Positions 17,943 through 28,269 of a stretch of 64,000 nt of DNA are shown here, piece by piece (within the stretch, counting starts at the first letter, position 1; every line of letters starts with the position of its first letter). This DNA is from an uncultured Armatimonadetes bacterium (GTDB lineage: Bacteria > Armatimonadota > Hebobacteria > Hebobacterales > Hebobacteraceae). The DNA is taken from NCBI GenBank assembly GCA_963716175.1, contig OY970296.1:2976001-3040000 (forward strand), read 5' to 3'. The translations under genes and the position numbers were made by a program. The notes under the pieces were generated by a model that saw nothing but the letters and a program-made list of their open reading frames with translations, was not told the DNA's origin and ran no database searches.

Positions 17943-20897
17943 ATGATAGCCGTCATCACTCCGTTCTCCGGGAGACACATGTGGTGGGAGTGGTGGATCC
18001 AGGGATTCGAGGCGCTCGAGTTCGACCGCAGTCAGCTCTGCGTGTTCTGGCTCAATGACTCAGGAGATCTGGAGTTCGGGCAAGTGCTCAGCTCTTACGT
18101 AGCTGAGCACCGCCAGGACTACCGCCGCTTCGAGTTACGTCCCGGGCCGCGTAGCGGGAGGACCGGAAACGAACGATTGGCGGCCAGCTACAGCGAACTG
18201 CGCAACGGGGTGCTCGAGAGCGGTGAGTCTTTCCTGTCTGTGCTAGCCTACGAAGATGACGTTGTCCCGCCGCCGGACGGCCTGCGTCTGCTCCACTCCT
18301 TCTCTGCCAGGAATCCCACGGCCTCCATGGTCGCCGGAGCCGTCTTCTACCACGATACACGAACCAAGCAGGCTTTTCCCCTCGCCTGGCGATTTGCCCA
18401 AGACTCGAACGAGGGGTCGCTTGCCCCGGTCCTCTACCAGATTCCCGAGGCTTACCAAGGGACGGAGGAGGTCGATGCTGTTGGGCTGGGCTTCACCTTG
18501 TTGCGGGATCCGGCCTTCCTTCGCACCTCCCTCTATCCCTCCGCGATGGGACTGAGCTTCGAGCAACTGCTGGGATGGGAGGTCCGGCAGCTTGGCGGGC
18601 GCGTGTTCTACCTGGGGAATATCCGCTGCTGGCATCATGAGCTAGCCGATGGGCAGCTCATCTCCTCCTTTCCGCAGCGACGCGCCGCACGCCAGCGCAT
18701 GCCCGCTCCGGAAACGAGCCCTCGCTTCGAGCGGCACATTGCGATCCTCACTCCGTTTTCCGGAAAGGTCGAAGCCCTCGAGGGCTACCTCGGGTGTCTC
18801 GACTCCCTAGACTGGGAACCGAGGAAGCTGCACCTGGTCTGGCTGGATAACTCCCGCGACCCCGCCTTCGGAGCGCAGCTGGAGGCGGCGCTCGAGGAGC
18901 GGAGGCAGCGTTTCGCCTCCGCGTGTCTGCTCCAAGAGCATCGGGTGGTCGGACCCAAGCACGCGCAGGTCGGCTTTCTCTACCGGAAGCTGCGCCGCCT
19001 CATCCCCGAGGGCGTGCCCTACGTCTTCTGCTGGGAGGACGACGTTCTCATTCCCTCCCGGGCTCTGCGAGTCTTGCAGGCAGAGCTGCAGGGGGAAGAG
19101 GATATCGGGGCGGTTTCCGGAGCGGTTCCCTACTACCGACCCGGACCTCCTGAGAGCGTCGAGGTGCTGTTGTGGCGCTACCAGAGCCTGGAACCCGCGC
19201 CACTGCCTGCCCCTGACGGCCCCTTACAGATCCAGGTATGGCAGGCCCCCTACCATTGCTTCGGCACCTCCGAGATCGATGGGTGCGGATTCGGGTGCAT
19301 GCTCACCCGCCGCCATCTCTTCGACGGAGCCAGCCTGCTCGCCAACCGCTGCGGGATCAACCATGATCAGGTGTACGGCTGGGAGCTGCGCCAAGACGGG
19401 TACCGGCTCCTGGGTGTGTGGCACCTCACGTGCGAGCACATCCAGGCGGACCAGGAGGGCCAGCCGCGGCGGGTGCCCATGCCGGTACCGCAGGTGGATG
19501 GGCTCCGGCGAGCGGGATCCTCCCTCTCGGCCTCCGCGATCCACCAGGAGTACCCGAACTTCCGGGTAGGCGAGGAGCCGGGCGAGGGCAAGTACCTGTT
19601 CCTGGTCGACGAGCACAGCCACCCTGGGGAAGACTACCTAGCTGGGGCGGTCGAAGCTCTGGAAGCGGACGATAACCTCTCCCACGCCTTTGGGATCGTG
19701 CTGCAGGGAGAGCGGCCCGTGAGCGTGCGAGACGGCACCTACCCGTGGCGAGGTCCGGCCTGCTCGGTGTTCCGGCGCAGCGCCCTTGAGGAGATTCCCA
19801 ACTGGGAACAGCTCCTGTGCTCCGAGGTCGAGGTGCTCACCGGCGAGTTGCTGAGGAACGGCTGGCGTTGCGAGCAGGTTCTGGAGGTTTGCCTCCGACA
19901 GGACGGGGAGTCGATCGCGCCTCGCGCCAAGCCGGCCCGGTACGTCGCCGAGTACCAGCGCAGGCAGGGGCGCCCCCTCTCGGTGCTCTTCCAGAACCGC
20001 CCTCGCACCTGGAGCGGAGGTGATATGATCCACATGGAGGGGCTCCAGGAGGCGCTGCGCGAGGAAGGGTTCACCGCCGACTTCCGCTCCCCGGGCTTCC
20101 GGGCGATCCAGGACTGGGATCTCGTGCATCTCATGCACATCGCCTTTCCCTGGTCCGCTGAGATCTCGCAACGCTGCATCGAGCTGGAGCATCCCTACGT
20201 GGTCTCGACGATTCTGCAAAGGGTAGACTCCCAGGCGGACCTTCATAGGGTCGGCGCCCATGCCTCCGCGATCATTGCCGCCTCCGAGGGCGAAAAGCAA
20301 GCGCTAGTCTCGTACTGGCCGGGATTCGAAGGTAGGATCGTGGTGATCCCCCTGGGCCTGCATCCCAGCTGGTTCGCCGCCCCGGCTGAGCCACTTGATC
20401 TGGGGGGGCGCTACGTGCTCTGCGCGGGGCGCTATGAGCCTCAGAAGCGCCAGCAGGCAGTGCTGGAGGCCTGTAGGCAGATCAACGCCAGGGTGGTCTT
20501 TGTCGGGGGCCCTGACACCGCCGGCTCCTGGGACTACTATGAGGACCTCGTCTCCCAGGGGTATGAGAAGGCGACATTCCTGAAGGAGGCGCCGCTCGGG
20601 GAGCTTCAGCGTCTCTTCTATGGCGCCCATGTCGTCTGTCACGCCTCGGAATATGAGAGCTTTGGTCTGACCGGGATCGAAGCGGCCGCCGCGGGAGCGA
20701 ACCTAGTAATGACCAATCGAACCCTCGCGATGGACCAGTTCGGGTGGGCGAGCTTCTGCGATCCCTTCTCGGTTGATTCAATAGCCACCAGCCTCGCCGA
20801 TGAACTCGAGGCGCCGCGGGCGCCCAAGCCGCGTCCGCTCTCCTGGCAGGAGGTAGCCCGGCGTACTATCCCCATCTACCTGTGGGCACTCGCCTGA
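17943..20897 (+). CDS. multidomain glycosyltransferase (two tandem GT-A domains, a degenerate GT-A domain, GT4)
   Basis: Duplicated IAVITPFSG / IAILTPFSG, YEDDV / WEDDV and GLGFTL / GFGCML. C-terminal GRYEPQKRQ and ESFGLTGIEAAAAG. Confidence 0.85.
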   Translation: MIAVITPFSGRHMWWEWWIQGFEALEFDRSQLCVFWLNDSGDLEFGQVLSSYVAEHRQDYRRFELRPGPRSGRTGNERLAASYSELRNGVLESGESFLSVLAYEDDVVPPPDGLRLLHSFSARNPTASMVAGAVFYHDTRTKQAFPLAWRFAQDSNEGSLAPVLYQIPEAYQGTEEVDAVGLGFTLLRDPAFLRTSLYPSAMGLSFEQLLGWEVRQLGGRVFYLGNIRCWHHELADGQLISSFPQRRAARQRMPAPETSPRFERHIAILTPFSGKVEALEGYLGCLDSLDWEPRKLHLVWLDNSRDPAFGAQLEAALEERRQRFASACLLQEHRVVGPKHAQVGFLYRKLRRLIPEGVPYVFCWEDDVLIPSRALRVLQAELQGEEDIGAVSGAVPYYRPGPPESVEVLLWRYQSLEPAPLPAPDGPLQIQVWQAPYHCFGTSEIDGCGFGCMLTRRHLFDGASLLANRCGINHDQVYGWELRQDGYRLLGVWHLTCEHIQADQEGQPRRVPMPVPQVDGLRRAGSSLSASAIHQEYPNFRVGEEPGEGKYLFLVDEHSHPGEDYLAGAVEALEADDNLSHAFGIVLQGERPVSVRDGTYPWRGPACSVFRRSALEEIPNWEQLLCSEVEVLTGELLRNGWRCEQVLEVCLRQDGESIAPRAKPARYVAEYQRRQGRPLSVLFQNRPRTWSGGDMIHMEGLQEALREEGFTADFRSPGFRAIQDWDLVHLMHIAFPWSAEISQRCIELEHPYVVSTILQRVDSQADLHRVGAHASAIIAASEGEKQALVSYWPGFEGRIVVIPLGLHPSWFAAPAEPLDLGGRYVLCAGRYEPQKRQQAVLEACRQINARVVFVGGPDTAGSWDYYEDLVSQGYEKATFLKEAPLGELQRLFYGAHVVCHASEYESFGLTGIEAAAAGANLVMTNRTLAMDQFGWASFCDPFSVDSIATSLADELEAPRAPKPRPLSWQEVARRTIPIYLWALA

Positions 20898-21587
20898 TGC
20901 AACCGCCGCGGATAGTCCAGATCGAGGTCTCCACGCGCTGCAACATCCGCTGTCGCTTCTGTGGTTCCATCCCCCATGCTACCCCAGGGCTGATGGAGTG
21001 GGCCCTCTTCGAGCGCTGCCTGGACTTCGTCTCGAGGGGATGTTGGGTCGAGCTCTACGGCAACGGAGAGCCACTGCTTCATCCACTGTTCGTCGAGATG
21101 ACCAAGGCCGTGGACAGAAGGGGAGGGCTACCTCGCACCTCGACAAACGGGATGCTCATGTCTTCCGAGAATGATCCGGCTCCTGGAGGCAGCCGGACTT
21201 CGGCGGACCATCTTCTCTATCTGCGGCGTCACAGAGGAGCTGCACGAGTACCTGCAGCCAGGTGTTGCCTCGGAGCAGGTATGGGGCAACTTCGCCGCCT
21301 GTGCGCGGAGCGGGATCGAGACCTGGGCGCTCTATGTACTCATGGGCTGCAATCTCGAGGAGCTTGGAGCGTTTATCCAGAGAGTGCACGACTCCGGAGG
21401 CCGATACGTTGTGATCGAGCAGATGTACGTCTCCGACGGTCATCCCCTTGCCGGCCAGCAGCTCCGGCACCACGGCGAAGCGGTGCGTCACTACCTGCCG
21501 CAGGCGCAAGTGCTGGCCGAATCCCTGGGAGTCACCGTCGAGCGGCGTTACGATGCGAGCCTGCTCCGGGCACGCGGGCCGCAGTGA
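20897..21587 (+). pseudogene. radical SAM domain, frameshifted near 21170
   Basis: CNIRCRFC, GNGEPLLHP, STNGML, then continues in another frame (MIRLLEAAGLRRTIFSICG...). Confidence 0.8.
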
Positions 21588-21630
21588 CCAGATAGCACGG
21601 TCAGGCCAACGTACAGGACAATAGCGAACC

Positions 21631-21861
21631 ATGACGAGTCCCCTGTGTTCGAAGCCATTCGCTGAGGTTTTCATTACCATCATGGGCGATGTCCATCCCT
21701 GCTGTTCGACGATTGTCCCGGTCGGCTCGCTCTGGCGCTCCTCAGCGCAGGAGATCTGGGAGAAGGGTTTCGAGGAACTGCGCTCCCAGATGCGTGGGCG
21801 AGAGCTCCCCGGCCGCTGCCGTCACTGCCTCATCCTCAGGCTAGGGCTGGAGGTACGTTAG
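21631..21861 (+). CDS. stand-alone SPASM/twitch domain
   Basis: CSKPF..ITIMGDVHPCC..VGSL..EIW..CRHC. Confidence 0.75.
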   Translation: MTSPLCSKPFAEVFITIMGDVHPCCSTIVPVGSLWRSSAQEIWEKGFEELRSQMRGRELPGRCRHCLILRLGLEVR

Positions 21862-21924
21862 CTACCCCTGCAGGTGTGTCTCTATGTCCGACGGCGACGG
21901 GACAAGGAACCGAGAGATGGCGAG

Positions 21925-22710
21925 ATGATCTACGACTGCATTCCCTTCTGGCGGGACCTGGATATGCTGGAGTTGCGCTTGAGGGAGTACGCGGGGGTGG
22001 TGGACCGCTTCGTCCTCGTTGAGTCAGAGACCACCCACGCCGGGAGCCCAAGCCCTGCCTATCTGCGGGAGAACATGCATCGGTTCGTCGACTTTGCGAG
22101 CCAGATTGTGTACGTGCCGCTGGAGCTGGACCGGGCGTCCACTCCCCCCGACCGGGAACGCAGCATGCAGGATGGCATCCTCGTAGGTCTGGAAGGGGCT
22201 CACCCGAAGGACGTGGTGATCCTCTCTGACCTCGACGAGTTCGCCCCACTCGAGGAGGTCATGCACTACCTCGATTTCCCCGGCTTTGTGCGCTTCCGCT
22301 GCTGCTGGCATATGTACTACCTGAACGGCCATGTCGGAGGCCGCGGGGTCGGACCAAGGATGTTTCGTCGGCGAGTCCTTGAGCAGTACCTGCCCTCCGT
22401 CGTTCGGTGCGCTGAGACGCTCCCAGGCATGCCGACGATCACCAGGGATTCGGGCGTGCACTTCTCCTTCACCGGCGGCCCTGAGCGGGCGATAGAGAAA
22501 CTGCATAACTACTCGCACAGAGACCTCTTCGACAAGTTCCCCTACAACGACCCGGAGCATATGGCCTGGGCGATCAAGGCCGGGCTGACCTTCATCGATG
22601 GCGCGGTGGTCCACTACCAGACCCGCCTGGATGAGCATTACCCACGGGTGCTGAGGGACAACCCCAGGCCCTGGGCCCACCTGCTTTACGGCTTCGGGAG
22701 CAACAAGTAG
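21925..22710 (+). CDS. GT17-like (MGAT3-like) glycosyltransferase
   Basis: MIYDCIPF..LDMLELRL..VDRFVLVESETTHAG, ILSDLDE, GVHFSF..EKLHNYSH. Confidence 0.85.
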   Translation: MIYDCIPFWRDLDMLELRLREYAGVVDRFVLVESETTHAGSPSPAYLRENMHRFVDFASQIVYVPLELDRASTPPDRERSMQDGILVGLEGAHPKDVVILSDLDEFAPLEEVMHYLDFPGFVRFRCCWHMYYLNGHVGGRGVGPRMFRRRVLEQYLPSVVRCAETLPGMPTITRDSGVHFSFTGGPERAIEKLHNYSHRDLFDKFPYNDPEHMAWAIKAGLTFIDGAVVHYQTRLDEHYPRVLRDNPRPWAHLLYGFGSNK

Positions 22711-22934
22711 AGCGCAGGACCAGAGATAGCAATGCGCCGCGATGCCCAGCATCTTGGACACTCCATCCCTCCACCCGCAGTTCTCGCGCTGGCTGAGGTG
22801 CACCAGCAGATGATCGGAGCCTGTCGGTTCCGTGGCAGGGGAGATGCTGGCATAGGCATCAGATGCAACATTTGGTCCCGTGGCCGCGATGTGGTACATC
22901 AGCCGAGCGTCGAAGAGCCAAGCCAGCGGGACAC

Positions 22935-23630
22935 TCACACGTTTTGGCGACGCTCAAGGCGGCAGATCGCCCTCCACCCCCGGAAGGGCGGGCCGGGCGG
23001 ATCACCAGGCCAGCTCCACGTCACCTCGCTCTCCGCTCGAAAACCGCAGCGCGCGAGCATCTCCAGTAGCTCCTCGCGCGAGTACAGACGTGCGGGCTCA
23101 ACACCGTGTGGGCAGTCAGAGCACACGAACGTATCGGTATCGGGCGAGTAGACGTACCTTCCTTCGAGCCTGTGCAGTATAGCGAACTGCTTCGTGTAGG
23201 TCTGGAACAGGAAGCGTCCATCCTTGCGCAGGGCAGAGGCGACCGAATCGAGGACGCGGCGGTTGTCCTCATGGGATTCGAAGCAGCCGAAGATCCTGTC
23301 TCGGAGCATCACCGCATCAAACGGACCCGCGGGCAGATCGCGCATGTCCGCGCAGACCCAGTCGACGACAACCTGACGCTCCTGCGCGAGCTCCTGTGCG
23401 ATCTCAAGTGCTCTCGAAGAGAAGTCAACACCCGTTACGCGGAACCCTCGACTCGCCAGCTCTATGGCCTCCAGGCCGCGGCCGCATGCGATGTCGAGGA
23501 TGCGCTCGCCGCTCCTGAGCTGTAGCCTTGAGATCAGGGCATCGGCCTTGCCGGCGATCAGGGACCAATCGACCGCAAAGCCCTCCTGCTTCATGCGGAG
23601 CCAGCTGGCGTCCCAGCGCTCTCGCTCCAT
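22935..23630 (-). CDS. class I SAM-dependent methyltransferase
   Basis: ILDIACGRG, VTGVDFS, ADMRDL. Confidence 0.88.
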   Translation of the reverse strand: MERERWDASWLRMKQEGFAVDWSLIAGKADALISRLQLRSGERILDIACGRGLEAIELASRGFRVTGVDFSSRALEIAQELAQERQVVVDWVCADMRDLPAGPFDAVMLRDRIFGCFESHEDNRRVLDSVASALRKDGRFLFQTYTKQFAILHRLEGRYVYSPDTDTFVCSDCPHGVEPARLYSREELLEMLARCGFRAESEVTWSWPGDPPGPPFRGWRAICRLERRQNV

Positions 23631-23688
23631 TGTTCTCTCCGTCCGTGCCCGACCGCGCAGTGTCCCGACCCTCCCTTCCGCTTCGGTG

Positions 23689-24630
23689 CTAGCCTCCAAG
23701 GTACCCAAGCCCTCGAAGTCGCCTCTCGACCTCGGTGATGTTGTTCCCCTCCCCGAGCGGAACGTAAGCGGCGATGATCTTGTGGAGTTGTGCGTTGCTC
23801 CGGATGCGAGGCGGAGCCGGCCCCGGGGTAGGCGGGATCACCGCAACGAGCACCTCGCGCGCGACCCCGGTCTGGTAGGGAGCCGACACGCCGTGGCCCC
23901 AGACGTCGTCTTCGCCGTGACTGTCGCCGTGGTCGGAGCAGACGATCAGGAGCGTCTCGCCATCCGCGAGAAGCTGCGGCCAGATCGCGGCGAGCTTGCG
24001 ATCCGTCTCGAGGCAGTACTGCTCGTAGCGGCTTCGCAGGTACTGCTTCGCCTTGTCGGGGATCGGGAGCCACCCGAGTTCGCTATCGATCACAGGGCAG
24101 AATCGCCCTTCCTCTATGTCAGCCAGGGCAGAAGCCTCCACTCCCACGACGCCGCTCGGAATGACCCGCCCCGGGAGATATGGCTCGTGCACCTCGAAGA
24201 GGTGGATGTATGCGAACCAGGGACGGCTCTGTTGAGAATGCCAGGCGAAGAACTGCTCCCAGACACCCTCCATCGAATAGGGTCCCCACCAGGAGCCGTC
24301 CGAACAGGACCAAACGTGCCCGAAGTCCCGGAACAGCCACATCGCCTCGTGGACCGCGAGCGTGGACTGACCGAGGAAGGCGGCGGTGGAGTGCGTCTGT
24401 CCGAGGCGGCTCGCCAGCGTCTGCATGCGCACCGTGTCTTCGGGGCCGTACATGAAGGCGAGGTCGTTTCCGAACATCATCGCCCCAACGCTCGGGAGCG
24501 TCGCCGCGATGATAGTGTCAACTCGCTCCTGCCGATGTCCGGTCACCAGCAGAGCCGAGAGGTGCGGCATCCGCGCCGGCGTCACATGATCGACGCGGAG
24601 GGCGTCCAGGCAGACGATGCAGATGTTCAT
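23689..24630 (-). CDS. sulfatase/alkaline-phosphatase superfamily hydrolase or transferase
   Basis: LDALRVDH, TLPS, HLFEVHEPY, SDHGDSHGE..GHG, C-terminal RLRGLGYL. Confidence 0.85.
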   Translation of the reverse strand: MNICIVCLDALRVDHVTPARMPHLSALLVTGHRQERVDTIIAATLPSVGAMMFGNDLAFMYGPEDTVRMQTLASRLGQTHSTAAFLGQSTLAVHEAMWLFRDFGHVWSCSDGSWWGPYSMEGVWEQFFAWHSQQSRPWFAYIHLFEVHEPYLPGRVIPSGVVGVEASALADIEEGRFCPVIDSELGWLPIPDKAKQYLRSRYEQYCLETDRKLAAIWPQLLADGETLLIVCSDHGDSHGEDDVWGHGVSAPYQTGVAREVLVAVIPPTPGPAPPRIRSNAQLHKIIAAYVPLGEGNNITEVERRLRGLGYLGG

Positions 24631-24717
24631 AGCGTAGTCTCCTCAGAGTCTGCCCAGAGTTTGAAACGTTCCGGTTCAGACCGACCGCCTGTCGAGTCAT
24701 GACCCGTCCCGCAGCGC

Positions 24718-25827
24718 TCACACGGTAATGGGGTTGCCGAGGAAACCATCCCCCCAGAACACGGGCTGGTATCCGCGATCTGTCACCCAGCGCAGCGAGC
24801 GGATCACACTGTCCTGCATGTGTGGTCTGTAACAGGGGAGCTCTCTGCGGAAGAAGTGCTCGTGGATGAGGAGTTCGATGAGTTCGCCGGTGTGCAGACT
24901 CGCGGCCTGCCGGTCGAGCCAGGGGTCTATCTCCTGGGGTCGAAACTCGTTCACTATCGCGTCGACAGTGATGAATATGAGGTCGGCCTCGGCGTCGTAA
25001 TAGTGGTCGCGAGTACTGGCGTGGTGCTTGACGGATTCGGCCAGATAGTATCCGGTAGTGCACTCGGCGGGTCCAGAGTGGAAGATCGCGACGAGGACAC
25101 GGATCCCGCGATCGTGGAGAGCGCGGCACGCGTCGGCCGGCGCCTCGGCGAAGTGAACCGTAGTGACCGGGCCCAGTGCCGACGCCCCTGCAAAGCGCTT
25201 GATCTCAGCTACCACGAGATCATAGTCATGCGCCATCCGCTCATAGGACGCGTTCCTATAGGGGCGACTCGGCTCACACTGCAGCGCGTGGAAGGATAGG
25301 CGCAGCCAGTCCGAGTTCGCCTCCCATTCATCCCGCCATTTGTCAGGCATCTGCCGGAGGGTGAAGTGCCCGAACATGGTCTGGTAGTAGATGTTCATAT
25401 GGATCTTCGCGCCATACTGTTCGTGCATCTGCCGCCAGAACTCGAGATACCAGTGGTCGAACAGCGAGCGGTAATCCTCTGGTCGTCTGCCCAGGTCCAT
25501 CAGGAAGAGGATGTTGTCGTCCACCGAGAGCCGGTACCTAGGCCGCGAGCCCTTGTCCCACAGCACGGTAACCGTATCCTCCGACTCTGCTCCGCTATGC
25601 CGGGCAACCGCGGCGATCTGGTTCTTGCGCTGGCGCAGAGGGACGGCGCATTTGAACGACCCCCCCTGGGCACAGGCCGGCACAGCGTTGACCGTGACGA
25701 GCGCGCCCTTTGGGGCAGTTCCCTCGACCTCGACCAGCAGTGAGTCAGCGGTCTCGTTGCCATCGTGGCGGTTCAGAATGTCACCATTCCAGGGATGGAT
25801 GATCTTGACTCTGTGGTCTCCGCTGAT
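24718..25827 (-). CDS. hypothetical protein with N-terminal Ig-like segment and polysaccharide-deacetylase-like domain; probable ATC start
   Basis: RLSVDD, SFHA and IHE motifs. The frame is open 48 codons upstream of the GTG at 25683, back to an ATC that lies 6 nt after AAAGGAG. Confidence 0.6.
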   Translation of the reverse strand: MSGDHRVKIIHPWNGDILNRHDGNETADSLLVEVEGTAPKGALVTVNAVPACAQGGSFKCAVPLRQRKNQIAAVARHSGAESEDTVTVLWDKGSRPRYRLSVDDNILFLMDLGRRPEDYRSLFDHWYLEFWRQMHEQYGAKIHMNIYYQTMFGHFTLRQMPDKWRDEWEANSDWLRLSFHALQCEPSRPYRNASYERMAHDYDLVVAEIKRFAGASALGPVTTVHFAEAPADACRALHDRGIRVLVAIFHSGPAECTTGYYLAESVKHHASTRDHYYDAEADLIFITVDAIVNEFRPQEIDPWLDRQAASLHTGELIELLIHEHFFRRELPCYRPHMQDSVIRSLRWVTDRGYQPVFWGDGFLGNPITV

Positions 25828-26083
25828 GGGATGCTCCTTTCAGGTACGGGACGTGCCTTCTTAGCACGGGCATTCCACACCGGGTTCCGAGGCAAGTCGC
25901 TGGCGACGTGGATGATCCTGTCGATGGGCCCAGAATCGGTTCTCGCCCTCGGCGCGGTAGAGGGGCTTGGGTATGCGCGTGGCTGTCACAGGCGATTCGA
26001 CAGGCACACATCGATCTACGACGGCGGAGAGCCCCTCCAGCCACAGTTCAGGAACGCGGAGCCCCTTCCAGAAGATGGACCCG

Positions 26084-27394
26084 TCATAGGTCACGTGGGC
26101 CCTCCGGACTCGACCTGGCAACGCTGCCAAGCGACGACATGGCCAGTGCAGTGCCCCGACGCACTGAGCGGAGCCAGGGGCTCAGCACCTCTCGATGCCC
26201 TGGCGCGGTGCGCGGAAGCACCCCGTCTAGCAGGTGCATCCACGCACGCGCGGTGCGGTCCCACGTCATCGTCTCGGCGAATGCTCTGCCTTTGCGTGAG
26301 TACTCCTGGCACAGGTCGCGATCGGCGTAGAGCCGCTCGAGTTTCCCGTTCAGATCGCCAACATCGGCCAGCGCGTACTCCGCGTTGTCCCAGTTCATGG
26401 TCAGCCAGTTGCGCACGGCGATGAGTTCGCCTCTCCCTTCCACAAGCTCGGTGACTGCCGAGCATGCTGTGGCAATCACGGGAACACCGGCGGCCATTGC
26501 CTCCAGGATGGGCAGGCCGAACGCCTCCCCCATGGTGGGCAGCGCCATCACGTCGAAGAGATTGTAGAAGATGTTCAGCGCACGAGAAGAGACCCCAAGC
26601 GGCCCTGCCAGCCGCCGCGTGAACGCTACCTGCTTCTCTACCTTATGCAGCTTCACCAAGTCCAACAGCCGCCAGGCAGGGCCATCCGGGTCCATGTGCA
26701 GATAGAGCACGGAGTCGGAATGACGCTCGGCGAAGACGGCGAAGGCCTTGATCAGGATGGGGATCTGTTTGCGAAAGGTGTTGAGAGCTACGCACCCGAT
26801 GACGAACTTGCCCTCAAGTCCGAGCGCCGCGCGCAGGGCGTCCCGATCAGGTCGCGGGTAGAAGGTCTCCGTATCTACCCCAAGAGGGATGAGCCGCACC
26901 GTCGCGCCTGACTGGGCCTCGTCAGAGCTGCCTTCGGCCAAAGCGGACTGGCACCACGCCGATGCGACCACGACTCGGTCCGTCCTGGACACCACCTCCT
27001 GCATCTTGGCGGACACCGGTGACGCCTCGAAGAAGGCATATGCGACCCGCGAGACAACCTCGCGCAAGGGCACCTCGCTCATGGTCTCAAGGGCGGAAAG
27101 CGGCCCGGAGGTCACGACCACATCGGGACCGAATTCCTGAATGACTTCGTTTGTGCGGACGCTCGACCACGGTTGGGACCCCGGGGCGAACATGGTGCGA
27201 TCGCCCGAACCGTCTAGGGGGGGCTGTACAGTCCACCCGAGCACGCCAACCTCGTATTGGCCGCTGGCGGCGAGGCGCTTCGTGATCTCGTCGGCGACAC
27301 GTCCCTGTCCGGTGTGCGAACGCGGACTTTCGCTTACCCACAGGACGCGCGGCGTGGACGTGTTGCCGCGACGTTCGGCGCGATCAGTTAGCAC
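26084..27394 (-). CDS. GT4 family glycosyltransferase
   Basis: VLWVSESPRSHTGQG, VALNTFRKQ, GEAFGLPILEAMAAG. Confidence 0.9.
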   Translation of the reverse strand: MLTDRAERRGNTSTPRVLWVSESPRSHTGQGRVADEITKRLAASGQYEVGVLGWTVQPPLDGSGDRTMFAPGSQPWSSVRTNEVIQEFGPDVVVTSGPLSALETMSEVPLREVVSRVAYAFFEASPVSAKMQEVVSRTDRVVVASAWCQSALAEGSSDEAQSGATVRLIPLGVDTETFYPRPDRDALRAALGLEGKFVIGCVALNTFRKQIPILIKAFAVFAERHSDSVLYLHMDPDGPAWRLLDLVKLHKVEKQVAFTRRLAGPLGVSSRALNIFYNLFDVMALPTMGEAFGLPILEAMAAGVPVIATACSAVTELVEGRGELIAVRNWLTMNWDNAEYALADVGDLNGKLERLYADRDLCQEYSRKGRAFAETMTWDRTARAWMHLLDGVLPRTAPGHREVLSPWLRSVRRGTALAMSSLGSVARSSPEGPRDL

Positions 27395-28269
27395 TGTCCC
27401 CTCCTCGGTCAGGCTATCCGTACCGACACCGGGTGTCCAACCTCACCACGGCGGGGCACCGGCTTGGCATCGGAGGCCCTGCCTGGCGGTAATGTGCATT
27501 CGTCCACGCCCTGCAAAGCTCCTCTCCGCAGAGGCATGTGCCTGGTATTCTCAGACGGTGCGCGGCCGGCTCAGGCATCACCGAGTGCCCAGGCATCCAT
27601 GGAGCGCATCAGCTTCCTGAAGCAGCTCAGGTGCTAACCGCCTGGCTTCAGGGAGCTGGTGCACACGGCCTTCCCTGGCTCCGCGTCATCCATCCCTTCC
27701 AGCAGGGCCCAGTTGAGGCTGAGCCACGCCTACAGAAGAACACCAGTCACAATGCTAGTCCCGTACGCGCGGCCTGCGCTTCGTAGGCCGGCAGCAACGG
27801 GATCATGGCCTCGGCCGGAACCGGCCGATGGCCCAGAGGTGGCCCTGCGGCTCCCCCACTGTAGCCGCGGGCGGATGGCCCGCTCAACTCCGTCGAGAGG
27901 ACTGGCCGGTGAACCCCAAGCGGGTGATGTGGGTCACGGGAGAGCCGGATCCGCCAAGATGCAGGACAACCGATGTCCTCGGACTCGCCTCCCCAGGGGA
28001 GGCACGCCACCCTCCCTGGCCGGCCGTGATCGCTGCTGCCCATCAGCGCGGCAGCCCCGACAAGCCCTCAGTCCCCTCTTACACCAGAGATTCCGCCTGC
28101 GGGTGAGGTTTCCTTCGCGCTCGCGCACCGAAGCATCTCGGAGCACGCAAAGTGTGAGCCAGATTGGCCGAGCTCCTTCCAGTGAGCTTTGAGAGCAGAC
28201 GGCAGGAGGTGTTGTGGGCGCTGTAGAGAAGGGGTGTTATATCAGTGCAGGGGGACTAGGGGGGGGACC

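Noticed and set aside
23464-24702. 412-aa plus-strand ORF
   Set aside because: Antisense shadow of the sulfatase gene.
27400-28260. long divergent intergenic region, possible ncRNA or GT4 remnant (NPKRVMWVTGEP)
   Set aside because: No recognisable RNA motif, and the protein similarity is too weak.
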